A DNA stretch of 64,000 bases from Trichosphaerium sp. ATCC 40318 (lineage: Eukaryota; Protista; Tubulinea). The stretch lies in the NCBI GenBank assembly GCA_038496445.1, contig JALMLS010000589.1:124001-188000 (forward strand). The letters run 5' to 3'. The notes below the pieces were generated by a model. The model was not told where the DNA came from, searched no databases, and worked only from the letters and a program-made list of their open reading frames with translations. Position numbers and translations under genes: made by a program. This document shows, in pieces, positions 24,708-37,300 of this stretch (its first letter is position 1; every line of letters starts with the position of its first letter).

Positions 24708-25886
24708 TCACTTCAGAGCTTCATCGAGCATAGCATCCAGATCGTCCATTGTTACCTTGGACGCATCTATGTCTAAATCACCAAGAGACCCTGATAAGCT
24801 GTCATCATCACCGTCAGAGGAGCTAAAGGACAAATCAAGATCATCATCATCTTCAACATTCTTTGTTTCTTTTTTTTCTTGTATGACTTCTTTCTGTTTT
24901 TTTTCCTTAATCTCATCGTCTTGTTTCTTACTTTCTTCCTCTTGTTTTCTTTGACTAGCTTGTCGTTTCTCATACTCCTCTTCAGATTCTGCCTTGATAT
25001 AAAAATCACGTTCATAAGGACCACCATTCTTATCATACGCCTTGTAACATCTAGGAAAATGATGCTTAATCAACCTCATAAACCTTCCATCATTTGTTCT
25101 TGAGTACACATTGTAATTGTATACTCTCACAGTCAAAGGTCTAACATTATTGAAATCCTCTCTATTCCAGCAATCCTTGTAAGTCAACATAGCCTCACCT
25201 ACATCGCGCTCATGACGGACTTCTAGTTTACCTTTGTAAAGCCGATAATAGCATCCTAATCCCCATGCATAGTACGGTACAATCTCATACGCTTTGAGCT
25301 CTTTATCGTTCTTTACGTTTGAAGGAATATAAAGGTAAAGTCTCCCAAAGTGTTTGTTGTTTATCTTGACATGTAGAATATCAGTTGCACTACTCACACA
25401 ATGCGCTTCAAATTCCGGTCCTTTCGATTTAAGGAAGTAATGAGTTTCTTCTCCTTTCTTTGCGTCCAAATTTCTTATTATAAAGTCTTGATTCCACTCT
25501 CGGTACCACTTCTTTGATTTCCTGTCTTGTTCTTTTAGATCCTTCATGTGTTGCCTGTGGGACACCATTACATCACTATAGTAACCAGTCCATACATTGT
25601 TGCTTCCACTATTGGTTTTGGCCGCTCTTTGGGTGGTTTTGGCGCGATTGGTCGTAGGGCGTTTACCAGGTATCATATAAGGTTTGCCGCCTTTAATCTC
25701 CACTGAGTCACCGCTGTAAGGTACTTTTACTGATTTTCCGTTTACTTCAACAGTAGTGTTGTTTTTCTTTATAGCGTTCATGAGAGTTTGACCACGCGTA
25801 ATAGAACGCGAAGAAGTCGATCCGCACTTTATTTTAATCTGGTACGTCTTTTGATCGCAATTTTTAATATGGCCGGTTTTAGACAT
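24708..25886 (-). CDS. intronless 392-aa hypothetical protein with charged/acidic C-terminus
   Basis: Long uninterrupted ATG-initiated ORF with K/E coiled-coil-like and D/S-rich tail; no family recognised. Confidence 0.75.
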   Translation of the reverse strand: MSKTGHIKNCDQKTYQIKIKCGSTSSRSITRGQTLMNAIKKNNTTVEVNGKSVKVPYSGDSVEIKGGKPYMIPGKRPTTNRAKTTQRAAKTNSGSNNVWTGYYSDVMVSHRQHMKDLKEQDRKSKKWYREWNQDFIIRNLDAKKGEETHYFLKSKGPEFEAHCVSSATDILHVKINNKHFGRLYLYIPSNVKNDKELKAYEIVPYYAWGLGCYYRLYKGKLEVRHERDVGEAMLTYKDCWNREDFNNVRPLTVRVYNYNVYSRTNDGRFMRLIKHHFPRCYKAYDKNGGPYERDFYIKAESEEEYEKRQASQRKQEEESKKQDDEIKEKKQKEVIQEKKETKNVEDDDDLDLSFSSSDGDDDSLSGSLGDLDIDASKVTMDDLDAMLDEALK

Positions 25887-26184
25887 TATGAGGTGTTGTA
25901 GTACGTTGTGACAGTTTCTTAATTACTAATAGGAGTTGCGACAAAGTCTCATGAACGTAGACAAAATTTTTAGCTAACCCAAAGTAGTTCATACAAATTT
26001 CAGGAGTTGTGATATTAGCCATGATTTGTAATGTAGAACGCAAGAAAAAGACATAGATAAGGGATTGCAGGGAGGCATCTTTAGTCAAAACGTTGGTTGG
26101 GTAATAAAATACGAGAGTGCGTTTCCTTAAAAGCATCACATTTACAAATCTTAAGTCCAAATTTCCCTCTAATACACAACCAGT

Positions 26185-26258
26185 GCTCGGGTGGCTCAGT
26201 TGGTTAGAGCGTCAGTCTCATAATCTGAAGGTCGTGGGTTCGACCCCCACCCTGAGCA
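26185..26258 (+). tRNA. tRNA-Met(CAT), elongator type
   Basis: Acceptor stem GCTCGGG/CCTGAGC-A; D arm GCTC..GAGC; anticodon arm TCAGT-CTCATAA-TCTGA with U31-U39; GTTCGA T loop; followed by a T-run. Confidence 0.97.
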
Positions 26259-26395
26259 TGTAACCTTTTTCCTTTTTTTACAACCTTATGTTGCTTTACG
26301 TATGCTATGTCATCAACGTTTGAGTACATTGCGCTATTGTTTTGGAGACAAAATTGATGCTTGGATACGTTAGATTATTTTATTGCTTGGTTTAA

Positions 26396-28187
26396 TTACA
26401 GGAAGTTATATTCCTTGTTCTCGCTGCTTTGAGAATAATCAAATACGCTATACAGTGGTTTATCGCTAAATTGTACCATACCACTTGAGATGTAGCCTCC
26501 AGCGCCTCCAGGAAACGTGGAGTCATGCCATGTTCTTCCACCATCATGTGTATATTTTGGTGTAGCATCAAAACCTGCTACATCTGATACTATACCGTAT
26601 GTACTATTGTAGAAGAAAAAAGAAGGATGGACAACGCTATCTCACAATGTTAGCTAGGCAGAGAAACGGTAATAAAACTTCAATAAAAGAACATAAATCT
26701 AGAAACCGTACATAGATCTTAGCCAAATCCACGTTTCTTCTTTCCAATTATTACCTCCATCAGTTGTTGTATAGTACGAGTCATACATCACCAAGAATCC
26801 ACGTGTTTTGTTAGCAAATCCTATGCCGATACATTGCTGAGTGTTGTTGGGCAGAGGCCTAGTATTTTCTTAGACAACAAAGTCACAAAAGGTGCAATCA
26901 GGCATACGGAAGCAGTGACCAAGTTTTTCCTGCGTCCATTGTCTTTATTGCAACTGACTTTGTAGATGATAGTAATAAATCATTAGTAGCACATGCGTAA
27001 GCGGTATCATCATCAACCCATTGCCAGGCGAATGGCGTATTACCAAAGTCACCATGTTCTAAGTTCGCTTCCCATCTATTCAAAACAATCAAAAAAATCA
27101 ACATTCGAATGTCTCCTCATACGTAATTTGCCATGTTTTACCACCGTCTGATGTAACCTCTATACCCTTTGGAGTTACCATTATACCGTTTTCCCAATCC
27201 TTAAACTTAATTCTACTTATAGCGTTCGGTTGAACATCAAGTACTTGAGTCCAAGTTCTACCACCTTGAAACAAGTCAGTACTAACCAACAGATAATAAC
27301 ATCGTATTTACCATTCGTGGTACTATAGATACCCCAAGGTCTGTACTTGTAGCATCTGTTACCAAGAGCATAACCTTACAAGTAGTTATTAAATAAGCGC
27401 CTTGAAAGGAAATTATAAAGGTAAGTACCATGTGTTTTGTTTATGAATGAAGCTTCGTTAGCAATACCCCAGTTTGATGTGCAAAAAGAATAGTCAGGAT
27501 TTATCATAGTCCACTTGCAACACCCTAAGATGATACTGATTGAGTAACTTTGACTTTACCAAATAACAACGCTGTACCGGTTGCGTTCCTGTACGAGCAA
27601 TCTATATTGTACATTGTTGTTTGCTCTGGTCCGCCGACAGCGATGCCTGAAAGTGAGTTATTTATAGTACACACGTGACATAACCCATTGTTCACATGTG
27701 AAAATACAGTACCTTTTGTTGGTGAAAACATTTGTAGTGTAGATCCAGATGCTGTCAATGGACCTTTTGTAGTTTGTAAGTTTATCAAATATCACGTGCT
27801 TGTTTTTGAAAAAAAAAGCTAAAAATACCTTCTGGCTGCTCACACATCGTTGTGAAATTAACACCGTAGTTAGTGCTTGATGTAAATTAGGGGTGGAGCG
27901 ATTATGCATTACTTTAAAGACGTTGGTGCGGCGTAATTCGTTTCAAAAAATGAAAGTAATCAAAAAGTTTTTGTTCTTCCAAGTTTTACTCGTTAACGCG
28001 TTGTATGATTGCCGTACCTTATTAGAACCCACCCATAAAACCGTCTAGCGCCGATAAAACTTGAAAAAGTGTTAATCAAACCATTTGGAGGATTTATAAG
28101 CGAAAACGAAGATAATTCGTACGTTGTAGGTATACACACGGCGGTTACACATAGACACGCTAGAAACACCCAGTATTGTGCCCTCAT
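26396..28187 (-). CDS. secreted BNR/Asp-box beta-propeller protein (Ycf48/sialidase-like fold)
   Basis: Signal MRAQYWVFLACLCVTAVC; repeated motifs TTNGGRTW, TSDGGKTW, TMDAGKTW, TTDGGNNW, THDGGRTW. Confidence 0.85.
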
Positions 28188-28351
28188 ACCTACCTTCAAC
28201 GGTTTAGAGCTCAGTTATTTTAAAATACCGCCAATAGCTCTTACCATACGTATAACACTGCGAAATAGTTGAAACAGGAGACAAATGTCAGTGTGAATTG
28301 TGTCGTGACTTTTCAACGTATAATTTAGGATCTGTACCTAGCTGGCAGCTC

Positions 28352-31300
28352 ATGTTGCGCAAGTGCCTTTTACTTGTATGGTACGTATTCCAGTCTCGTT
28401 GTCAAACATTCTTGATGCTGGATTAACTTTAAACAGCGTTCTACACGTTATTTGTGCGTCAGGGAGTACTAAAGGATCACTATTTTGGACAGAGAATGAT
28501 CGTATTGTAAAAGCGACTCTAACCGGTGACATTGAGCATTCAATATCAAAAACACAAGGAAACATACACGTACGCTATTAAAAAACGTTTAAAAACGTCG
28601 AAACGAATATCCGTTTAACATTACGCACAAAAAAATTGTCAACTCTAAAATATCTCAGGCCCTCGTTTATGATTGGGTCAGATCTACTGCTTATTACCTT
28701 ACAGATGATGGCTTGTATAGTACAAAAGTATCTGGACATGATTCTCCAGTGGCGTTACACGCCACGGGATTAACAAGTGAAAAGAGTTCGGGTACAATAC
28801 AGAAAATCTGAGAAAAAAAAGAAACTGAATGTTCTTCTCTAGATGATGCCTTTGCTATGGCTCTTGATTATGTACATAATATAGTGTACTGGAGTGATTC
28901 TAGGACAGGTTCTATTAATGCGTACAACGTGATTCAAAGGACGAATAACGTTGTATTTCATTCGAAAGGTAGTCTTAAACAAGTTAAGCTAGTTGTCTAA
29001 TCCTAATTTTTTCTTTTTCTTTTCTAGCTCTTGGACTAGCTGTCAATGGCTTTAATAACACCTTATATTTATCTGATGGTGTCACTATAACACAAATATC
29101 TATTGATAAGAATGGAATAGTATCAGATGAGTCCACAGTGTTCTTTGAAGGCGAAAACATTAAAGGTTCCAAAACGCACTCGAACCTTTATAAAATTAAA
29201 GTTTTTTTTCAGATATTGCTGTTGGCGTCAACCCTCAAGTACTCTATGTACTTGACTCTCACGGTATACGTAAGATATTTTAATAACAGTAATAGATATT
29301 AATTCATTACTACGCTTTATAGACTCCGTGGAGGATAAAGCAGTCACGTTTTTGTTGTCATTAAAAGACTGTGAGCACATAACTTTTGATGAGTTCCAAA
29401 AGAAAATCTACTTTCAAAGAACGTCTACAGGAGATATTCAATACCTTAGTACCATCGATAAGAAAGTTACAACAGTTTTAAGAAAGGCTGGAACAAAGGT
29501 TAAGATAGATATTGCTTCTTTACCAAAACGTGCGAAGCATTTGTCAATACTTTCTTTCTTTTATTTTTTTTGAATACTGGGAATATTTACTCATTTCCTA
29601 CATAGCGGGTCCTCGTTGTGTATCACCAGGCCCAGTACCAATCCATTGTGGAAAGTTTGGAGATGAAAACGTACACTCTGTAGGTAAGAGCTAGTGCACT
29701 TCGAAAGCGTAGTTGTAAAAGGCATTCTAATGTTAACATTTTTTTTTACAGATGTTGTGTGGATGACGCATCTTGATATGGGTTATACATCAAGTATCCA
29801 ACATGCGTGTGATAAGTGGACAACTTTTCTAATACCTAAAGCTGTTGAGCTTATAAATAAACTGGAAGCTAACGAATACGTGTATACAACACATCCTTGG
29901 ATGCTACAAGGTTCAAAAGCTATTGTTCTCATTGTTTTGCTTACTTAATTGACCCTAGAGCTTATTAACGGTACTGCTGATTGTGCAACGACAAGACCTA
30001 CTCAAGATGTAATTGATGCTGTCATTGAAGCTATAAAACAGCGAAGAATAAGATGGCATTGGAACCCGTTCAAGTACAACCCTTTTTTTTTGAGTTAGTT
30101 GGAGGCAGAGCTTTGTTTACTGACGTTTTATTTAGTTTGATGGGACCTATACAGCCTTCTCACTATAAGTGGAGTCTAGATATAGCACTAAAGCTTAGTG
30201 AAACCTTCAATGTACCACCACCTGTTTGGGCAAAGGCAAGCGATGTGACTGGAATGTCTAAAAATGCTATTGACATGCTTACTAATGTTGGAGCCAAAGT
30301 ACGTCCTTTTGTACTTCAAAAAACACTTCTGTTGGGAACCCAACAACCTAAACTTCTTCTCTACAATATATAGAAGCAAATACAGCAACAACATTTAGCC
30401 ATGTTTTTGTGCCTTCCAAAACGAAACTTACTTTTTTAGCTCAAAGCGTTTTTGTTTATCTTTGTTTTTTTCTTAGTTTGTACACATGGGTTACGGTGTC
30501 AATTGTAATAATGATTTACCTCTAATACCAACACCTTCCATGGATGCTGGTGCTTATGATTGCCCACATGTCAATACATCTAAAGGATACTTTAATAGAA
30601 CATTTAGTAGAGTTGGCAGACTTGGTTATGGAACTTATGATGAAGGTACGGAATACAACCACTTTCACGTGATAAAAGCACAAATTTCAAATGTTAAACA
30701 CGTGAAATTCTTTACCCAGAAACTATTTTGATTCATACTTCAAGTACTTGAATTGATGAAGTCCAATTTGGTTGTTTTCTTTGTTTGATTTCAGATTTTG
30801 TTCATTTGTTTACTGAGTTTTTGTTTAGACTTGTGCGAAACTGGTGCAATGTTTAACTGGGAGAACAATAACAATAATGTTTTTGCTGCTACAGTGATTG
30901 GCTATGGTGGTGGCGGATATACTGCTACTCCAATTTATGTTAATGTCCAGAACGAATGGTTAGTGATAGACGTAAATCCATAGCTGATTTACCTTTTTCA
31001 GGCAATACTGTGGGCGGATATACTCGATAAAGGCAAACGGAAGAGCCCTTGTATTCTTATACAGTCAAGACTCAGAACTATGTCCTAATCCTATATCAAT
31101 GTCTCCACAAGAATGCGCAATGGACGCAGAAGAACTGGTACTTTTTTAAGTGGTAAACACTTTGTTTTAACAACTTAACTTTCAAGGGATATTGCCCTCC
31201 ACTCTTGGCTAGTATTGGCGCCCCATGTTGTTGCAAAGGTGGTCCAACAGGTGGGATGCCGAATGATAAATTTGTGAAGTTTCAGTTGTCTACACTTTCT

Positions 31301-33766
31301 TGCATGTTCCCTAGAGCCGCTTCTTTAGGACAGATTCGTGCTGACTTGGGTAATACTTTAACCTTAGATAAACTTTTGTTTTCACTGCTTTTTTTCGCGC
31401 ACGTGATAAAAACGTGAAAATACACGATTATTCTTTTATGAAAAAACGGGGACATGCACTGACGATTCTTTAGGTATGGATGCGTGGGTAGATAATGTAT
31501 ATGATGTGAAAACGTCATTTCCAACAGTGAAAAAGGAGTTAGGAGAACAATGGGGTTACGCAGTTGCCAGTGATCCTTATCGTATGGCTGCTTACAGAGA
31601 CTTTATTAAACTGTTAGATAATTTTGAGAGGGATAATGATTTATCTCCGTGCTCTGCAGGTGAGCTTTATACGTCCCTTATTTTTTTTCTTCTTCTCGAA
31701 AAAAAGGAAATACAAGGCGAACTCCATCACACTTGTGTATCAGTGTATGTTTAAACTTATTGTGCTAGGTCTTGATAATATTTACAAGTGGAAAACAAGG
31801 CTATTGAAAATACCAGGTAGTATTTTACGGAGCATTAGCGAAAACAATCGGAATAGGTTTTATTACCTTTGTTTGTAAATTTGGATTGTTTTTTCCCTTA
31901 GTTTTTTGGTACTGTTGTTGACTTTATACTAGAACATACATGGGGTCCTGGTAGTGGTGTATTTTGGGCAACTTCTGAGACTACAAATAATTGTACAAAT
32001 TGGTCTAATGAAGCACTAAGCGAACTTATCGAAAATGATAATCAAGTTCAAGACTTAATCACAAACTGGAACTACCAAAGAGATTACTTATTTCCTTCAT
32101 CACCTTTATCTTCAGGAGAGACTGACAAATATTGTATTGATAAAATGGATCAACTAGAGAAAGAAAAGAACAATATAATGACGTCACTGGTGCCTCAACC
32201 TTTGGTACGAAGAAAAAAACAAAAAAAAAGTTGTGAACAACAAAAACTTACTTGTCTCTTCCTAGAATCATATTGGGATATTAAAACCTCCTAATGATAA
32301 TTACACTTGCTCAAACTATACTATAAGTTTTGACCAGAATAATGGTCAAATAACGAAACTAGTACTTAATGGTGAAGGCGGTAAAAAACTTATTCTTGCG
32401 AACTCTCAAAACCGTCTTGGAGTTTTACGATACAAATTGTATTCAGGTGCCTACTATCTCACATTGAACGAAAGCACCTGTTAAAAAATACTAATATGCT
32501 TACTTAGGCGATGAACAAAATGATTTCGCATCGGGTACTTGCCCTGGCTTTGGAAAACCAAGTCTTTGTTGCGCAGGTATGTTTTTTTGTTTATACAGTT
32601 CAAATTCAGTGCTGTGTACATGAGTATCACTTGGAACCCAATATGCTGTAGCAAACAAACACAATATGCGGTGTTACCATAGCATTTCCGCCAATGTTGT
32701 AACACACCTTGGTGTCCAACATGCGTCGTTAAAAATCTTTTGATTTACACTAAAAAACAATGTTGTTGGGTTGTTTCTCACGTTTTTCTTGTAGGTGACA
32801 AAAACGGTGCTTGCAGTTCTCAGTGTAAAGACTTAAATTCTGATTGTCCACTTGTTGATTATGCTGAACCTAAACTTGTTGGATTCAATGTTGAAAGCAC
32901 AACAACAGAGAATTGCTCTTTTGTTTTACAGTTTAAATTTCAAAATATTGAAATCAACAAAACTGGTCTTCCAGAAGACTTGGAGATACGATACACTATT
33001 GCAGTACGATAATTTTGGTTTCATATATACGTTGGTATAATTATTTTGCTGATCATCGCAAAAAGGGTGACACTATACATACTGAATTGTCTTGGTTTAA
33101 AAAATACAAAACGCGATACCCAGAAGCATTGTTTTTCGGTTTTGATCCAGTGATATCAGACCCTTCTACTGGTTGGATAGTAAATGTTATGAACGGTACA
33201 CTGGCACCTTATTCTAGCGAAATTATAGATGTACGCAATTAACAAACAAAAAGGTGTTAAGCAAGTGTTGAGGCTTAATCTTGGTATTTTTTTTTATTAT
33301 TTTAACTGGAATTCTTAGTTCGGTTTGATTCGTTGGCAATATGTCGATAAGTATATTGAATATAACTATGATTCTGGTGCATCAATACGTATAAATAGTG
33401 ATCATATACCTTTAGTAGTTCCAGAACATCCTGAGATATTTACTTCACCGTACGACTTTGATTTTTAAGACAAACTCTCGTGATTCTTTTGCGGCTTTTT
33501 TTTCACTTTTCTTCTCTAGAGATTATCCTAACCTTGATGTCATTAATGGTGGAATGCACTTTAATATATGGAATAACTTCTGGAATACAGCGTTCCCATT
33601 ATGGTCTCTTAATCACCCTAAACAAGTACGCTACATTCATTCTCAGTTTTTTCGGAGTTTTCATTTCTTGTTTGGTTTGTTGATATCTTTTGTTTTAAGG
33701 TACTTGATATTCTCAGAAATAGCACTGAACGTGCTACTGACTTTAAAGCAACCTTTGATATCATAG
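28352..33766 (+). CDS. secreted YWTD-type propeller fused to a DUF5054 / GH38-like glycoside hydrolase
   Basis: Signal MLRKCLLLVCVLHVICA; LFWTE, ALDYVHNIVYWSD, LYLSD, KKIYF repeats; then VVWMTHLDMGYT...IPKAV...YVYTTHPWML, ELGEQWGYAVASDPYR, KIPEHTWG, PEALFFGF, GMHFNIWNNFWNTAFPLW. Confidence 0.8.
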
Positions 33767-34324
33767 CGACATTTTAAAAAACGGTAAAAAGTCACCAAGA
33801 GACAGTATCTAATAAACTGTTCATAATAAAACAACTTTAATTGAAAAAAAAACCAGTAAAGCAGTAATCCAAAAGCTTCAAAAAAAACAGACACAGCGCC
33901 TATTGATAAAAACCTACCGCGAATTTCAAAACCTTCAATGAACGAAAAGTAGCGCATAGACATCAGATCGTTCATCCATTGTAGGCTGGAATCTTCTACC
34001 GTTGACTTTGTTGTACTGTAGCTTTTTGCTTAATTTTCGTTGCAAATCCTTGTACTTAACAACTCAAGAGGTTTTTACGTACATCACACAACAATTCGGT
34101 ATGTACCAGTGCTTTTACTGTTAACTAGTTTTTGATGAAACAGCAAAAAAGCAATAAAACAAAAAATCTTGTAATAGGTCAAACGCAGAGGCTGTAGGAT
34201 TAATTTTGCTGAGTTTCGGGTTACAAATATAGAGTGTCGCTAGAAACATATGATACAATTTTCCTTGAGTTTTCAAGTACAAACCAAACACATGAGCTTA
34301 AGTAGTTTTTATTTGTTGCTAGAT

Positions 34325-37300
34325 CTACTTTACTCTCCAGTATCGCACAACTGGTCCATCAACTGCTTTACCTTCAGGAGTCTCAAACTTCACAATAAAG
34401 TCAACATAATCTCTACCATCAGGGAAAGCTACTAATTTGCTCATTCTGTACAAAAACAGTTAAACAATGCAAATAATGGATTGATTTGGGAAAAAAAATA
34501 GTATGACATACTTTTTAGGCATTCGCGATTTATGAGATTTAAACATTGTAGAGAATACCAAGTCTGTGTTAGATGCAATATCATTAACAGTGAGACCATA
34601 TGTAGACTAAAAACAAGGTGAGAAGGGGACAGAAAAATGTACAAGCTTACCTTGAAGTGACGGATAAATTGACCTAAAGCAATATCACCTTTTTTAACTT
34701 CCCATCTATCCCAAGCAGTGATGGAAACAGTATCAGTCAACTTGGTTTTCTTTGCAGGAGCAGGTTCTGAGAACATTAAAGCAGGTAAAGCGAGGTTCAT
34801 CCAAGCATTCTTAAAGTCCTCGAGATTATCAGCGCCCTTAACAATCTTAACTAGTTCCAAGCTAACCTAAAAAACAAAAACAGTAAGTCCTCCAGTTTAA
34901 ACAAGAAACTGTTGACTAAAAAATTGAAACCAAAGACCCCCAAGCAGGCAAATTTACTCAAAGAACATATAAAGAATCCATTTCACTTTGTAGTCTAACA
35001 AGAAGAGACACGTGAACTGAAAAAAAAAACGAATTGAAAATATTCCTTAACGTACCAAACCGGCAATTGCGGCAGTAGATGTAGCCATAGCAGGAATAAT
35101 CTTACCAGCTATTTTCTTGGTCTTAAGGCGATCAGCTTGCTGTATACCATACTGACCAGCACGAATGTTAGAGGCAGCAGTGATAAAATCGATATGATGA
35201 TTTGAATCAACATCTTTTTCGAAATCTTCAAAACCAAGCTAAAAAAGAAACATCAGTACGTTCCTTCCTAAAACAAATATGTTGTTAATGATTCCATATA
35301 CGTACCTTACGACCCATAGCATTCTTTGCTACTTCGCATAATTTCAGTACAATACCTTCATACTCCTCTTCAGAAATTTCTTTTTGTTCTTCAGGTTCTT
35401 GGCTGCTCTAAAAAAATAGGCATTAGTTATGTTTACATTCAAATAACTCATTGCGTTCACGTGCTATCAATGTGTATTTTCCGTACCTTGGCTTCTTCAT
35501 CAGCTTCAATGTATTTATCCTTCTTGACTTGCCATTCTGGTAAGACAATACTCTGAAAAGAAAGTAAACAAATGTACTTTGTTTTCACATTAGTTAGACA
35601 AACCTTCAAACTTGCTTTAATAGCCTCCATATTGTTATGAGCCTTAATCTTGAACACACTGGCATATAGACACGCAGTATGGTAAACAAAACTGAAGTGC
35701 ATTTCATTCTCTGGGTCAAATTGTTCAACCTTTGGAGGTCGTCTAGGTAACTGCCAGAACAAACCTGGAAAAAAAAAAGTTAAAAACCCAAAAGTACATT
35801 TCTACTCTACCACGTACTTCCATCATCGTTCTTTTTGTCAATCGGGAAGTTATATAATAGCTGCTTAGTACTATTTGCAAAGTACGTTTCAAACTTCTTT
35901 CTAGCTTGTTTTATGCAGCTCTCAAAGTCTGGTAAATTAAGTTGGAGTAACTTAATAGAATGCTCAAGATCTTGAGCTTTAGAGTGCTTTCGCCTCACTT
36001 TCTACAACAGACGTATTAACCACTACACTAACTAAGAACAACTCTTTTTACGTACTTCAAGGAAGTCAGGGTCATCGATACTCTTTAGAAGCTGTATAGT
36101 CTCCTGAGGCTTTAGAGCAAACAATGTTTCGAATTTATCTCTTGCCCATTGAATAGTATGATCAATCTTACTTGGGAAAGATTTTAATGTACAGAACGGG
36201 AAACCAACATCAGGAGGGTCACGGGTTGATCCATAATTACTCGTCTTATGTGGTAATATAACCTTAAAAGGGGTATTCATTAGTACAAAAGCGCACTAGA
36301 GTATAACTGTGCATAGAAACAAATGGATAGATCCAAAGCCAAATCAAGAAAAAAATAGGATTTGTTGTTGCTAAAACTTAGCATACCTGAACGTGTCCTT
36401 TTGTTCCCATTGTTCCTGATTCAAGCAACGCTTTTCCATTTTTAACACATTGAGAATCTACGTATAACCTCGCTTCAATATTATCCAAGGCATTAACAAT
36501 AAAGTCTTGGCCTTGCCAAAAAGTTGGAGGATAAACATCTTCGTTATCTTCACCGACCTTATGAGTCTGTGCGTTAATACGGATGCTAGAATTCATATTT
36601 TTAGCTGCTCCTGATGCAGCAGTACTCTTTGAATGCTATAACGAAAATCAGGGATAAAGCGAGAAGCATCAATACAAGTTATAAAAGCGTACTCCAATAT
36701 CTTTGGTTCTGAACAGAAATTGACGGTTCAAGTTACTCTTTTCAATAAGATCATTATCAGTAACTGTAATCAACCCATCATCAGATGTTGATACGCCAAG
36801 CATAGCATAGTTCTTGATCATCTCACATCCTATAGCACCAGCACCAATCTAACCAAAACAATCAATCCAATAAATCCACGAAAATAACTCAAAAAAAATA
36901 GTACCATAAACAACTTGACATCACCAAGTTTATCGCAAATATCCTTTCCTAAGCATATACGCTGACCATCTAAGCGATCATTCTGACGTTCAAATGTAGT
37001 AGCATCTGTATCCAAAGGAGGAAGAACTTCAACAGCATCAATGTATAGCTAAGCATGTTAGAATAAAATCTTCTGAACTTCACTGAATAAAACAAACGTA
37101 CGAACTGCTTTAGTGGCGTGAACTTGCCAGAAAGGCTCTTTAGTATCTCTTGAGCTACGAAACCTCCCAAAAACGCTGTAAGACCAACAATAGATCCTTG
37201 TGACGTAAAAGCCATAGCTTTAAACAGTTTCTCATCCACTTCAACCTTTTCTCATTTAAACGGAGTTTTAATCAGTCGCTTGGTACCTTTGCATCACCCT

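Noticed and set aside
25879-26160. 93-aa ORF between the orphan gene and the tRNA
   Set aside because: Non-ATG start in the track, overlaps the likely promoter region, no motif.
26185-26258. Initiator tRNA-Met
   Set aside because: Has G1-C72, a TTC T loop and no three consecutive G-C pairs in the anticodon stem, so it is elongator type.
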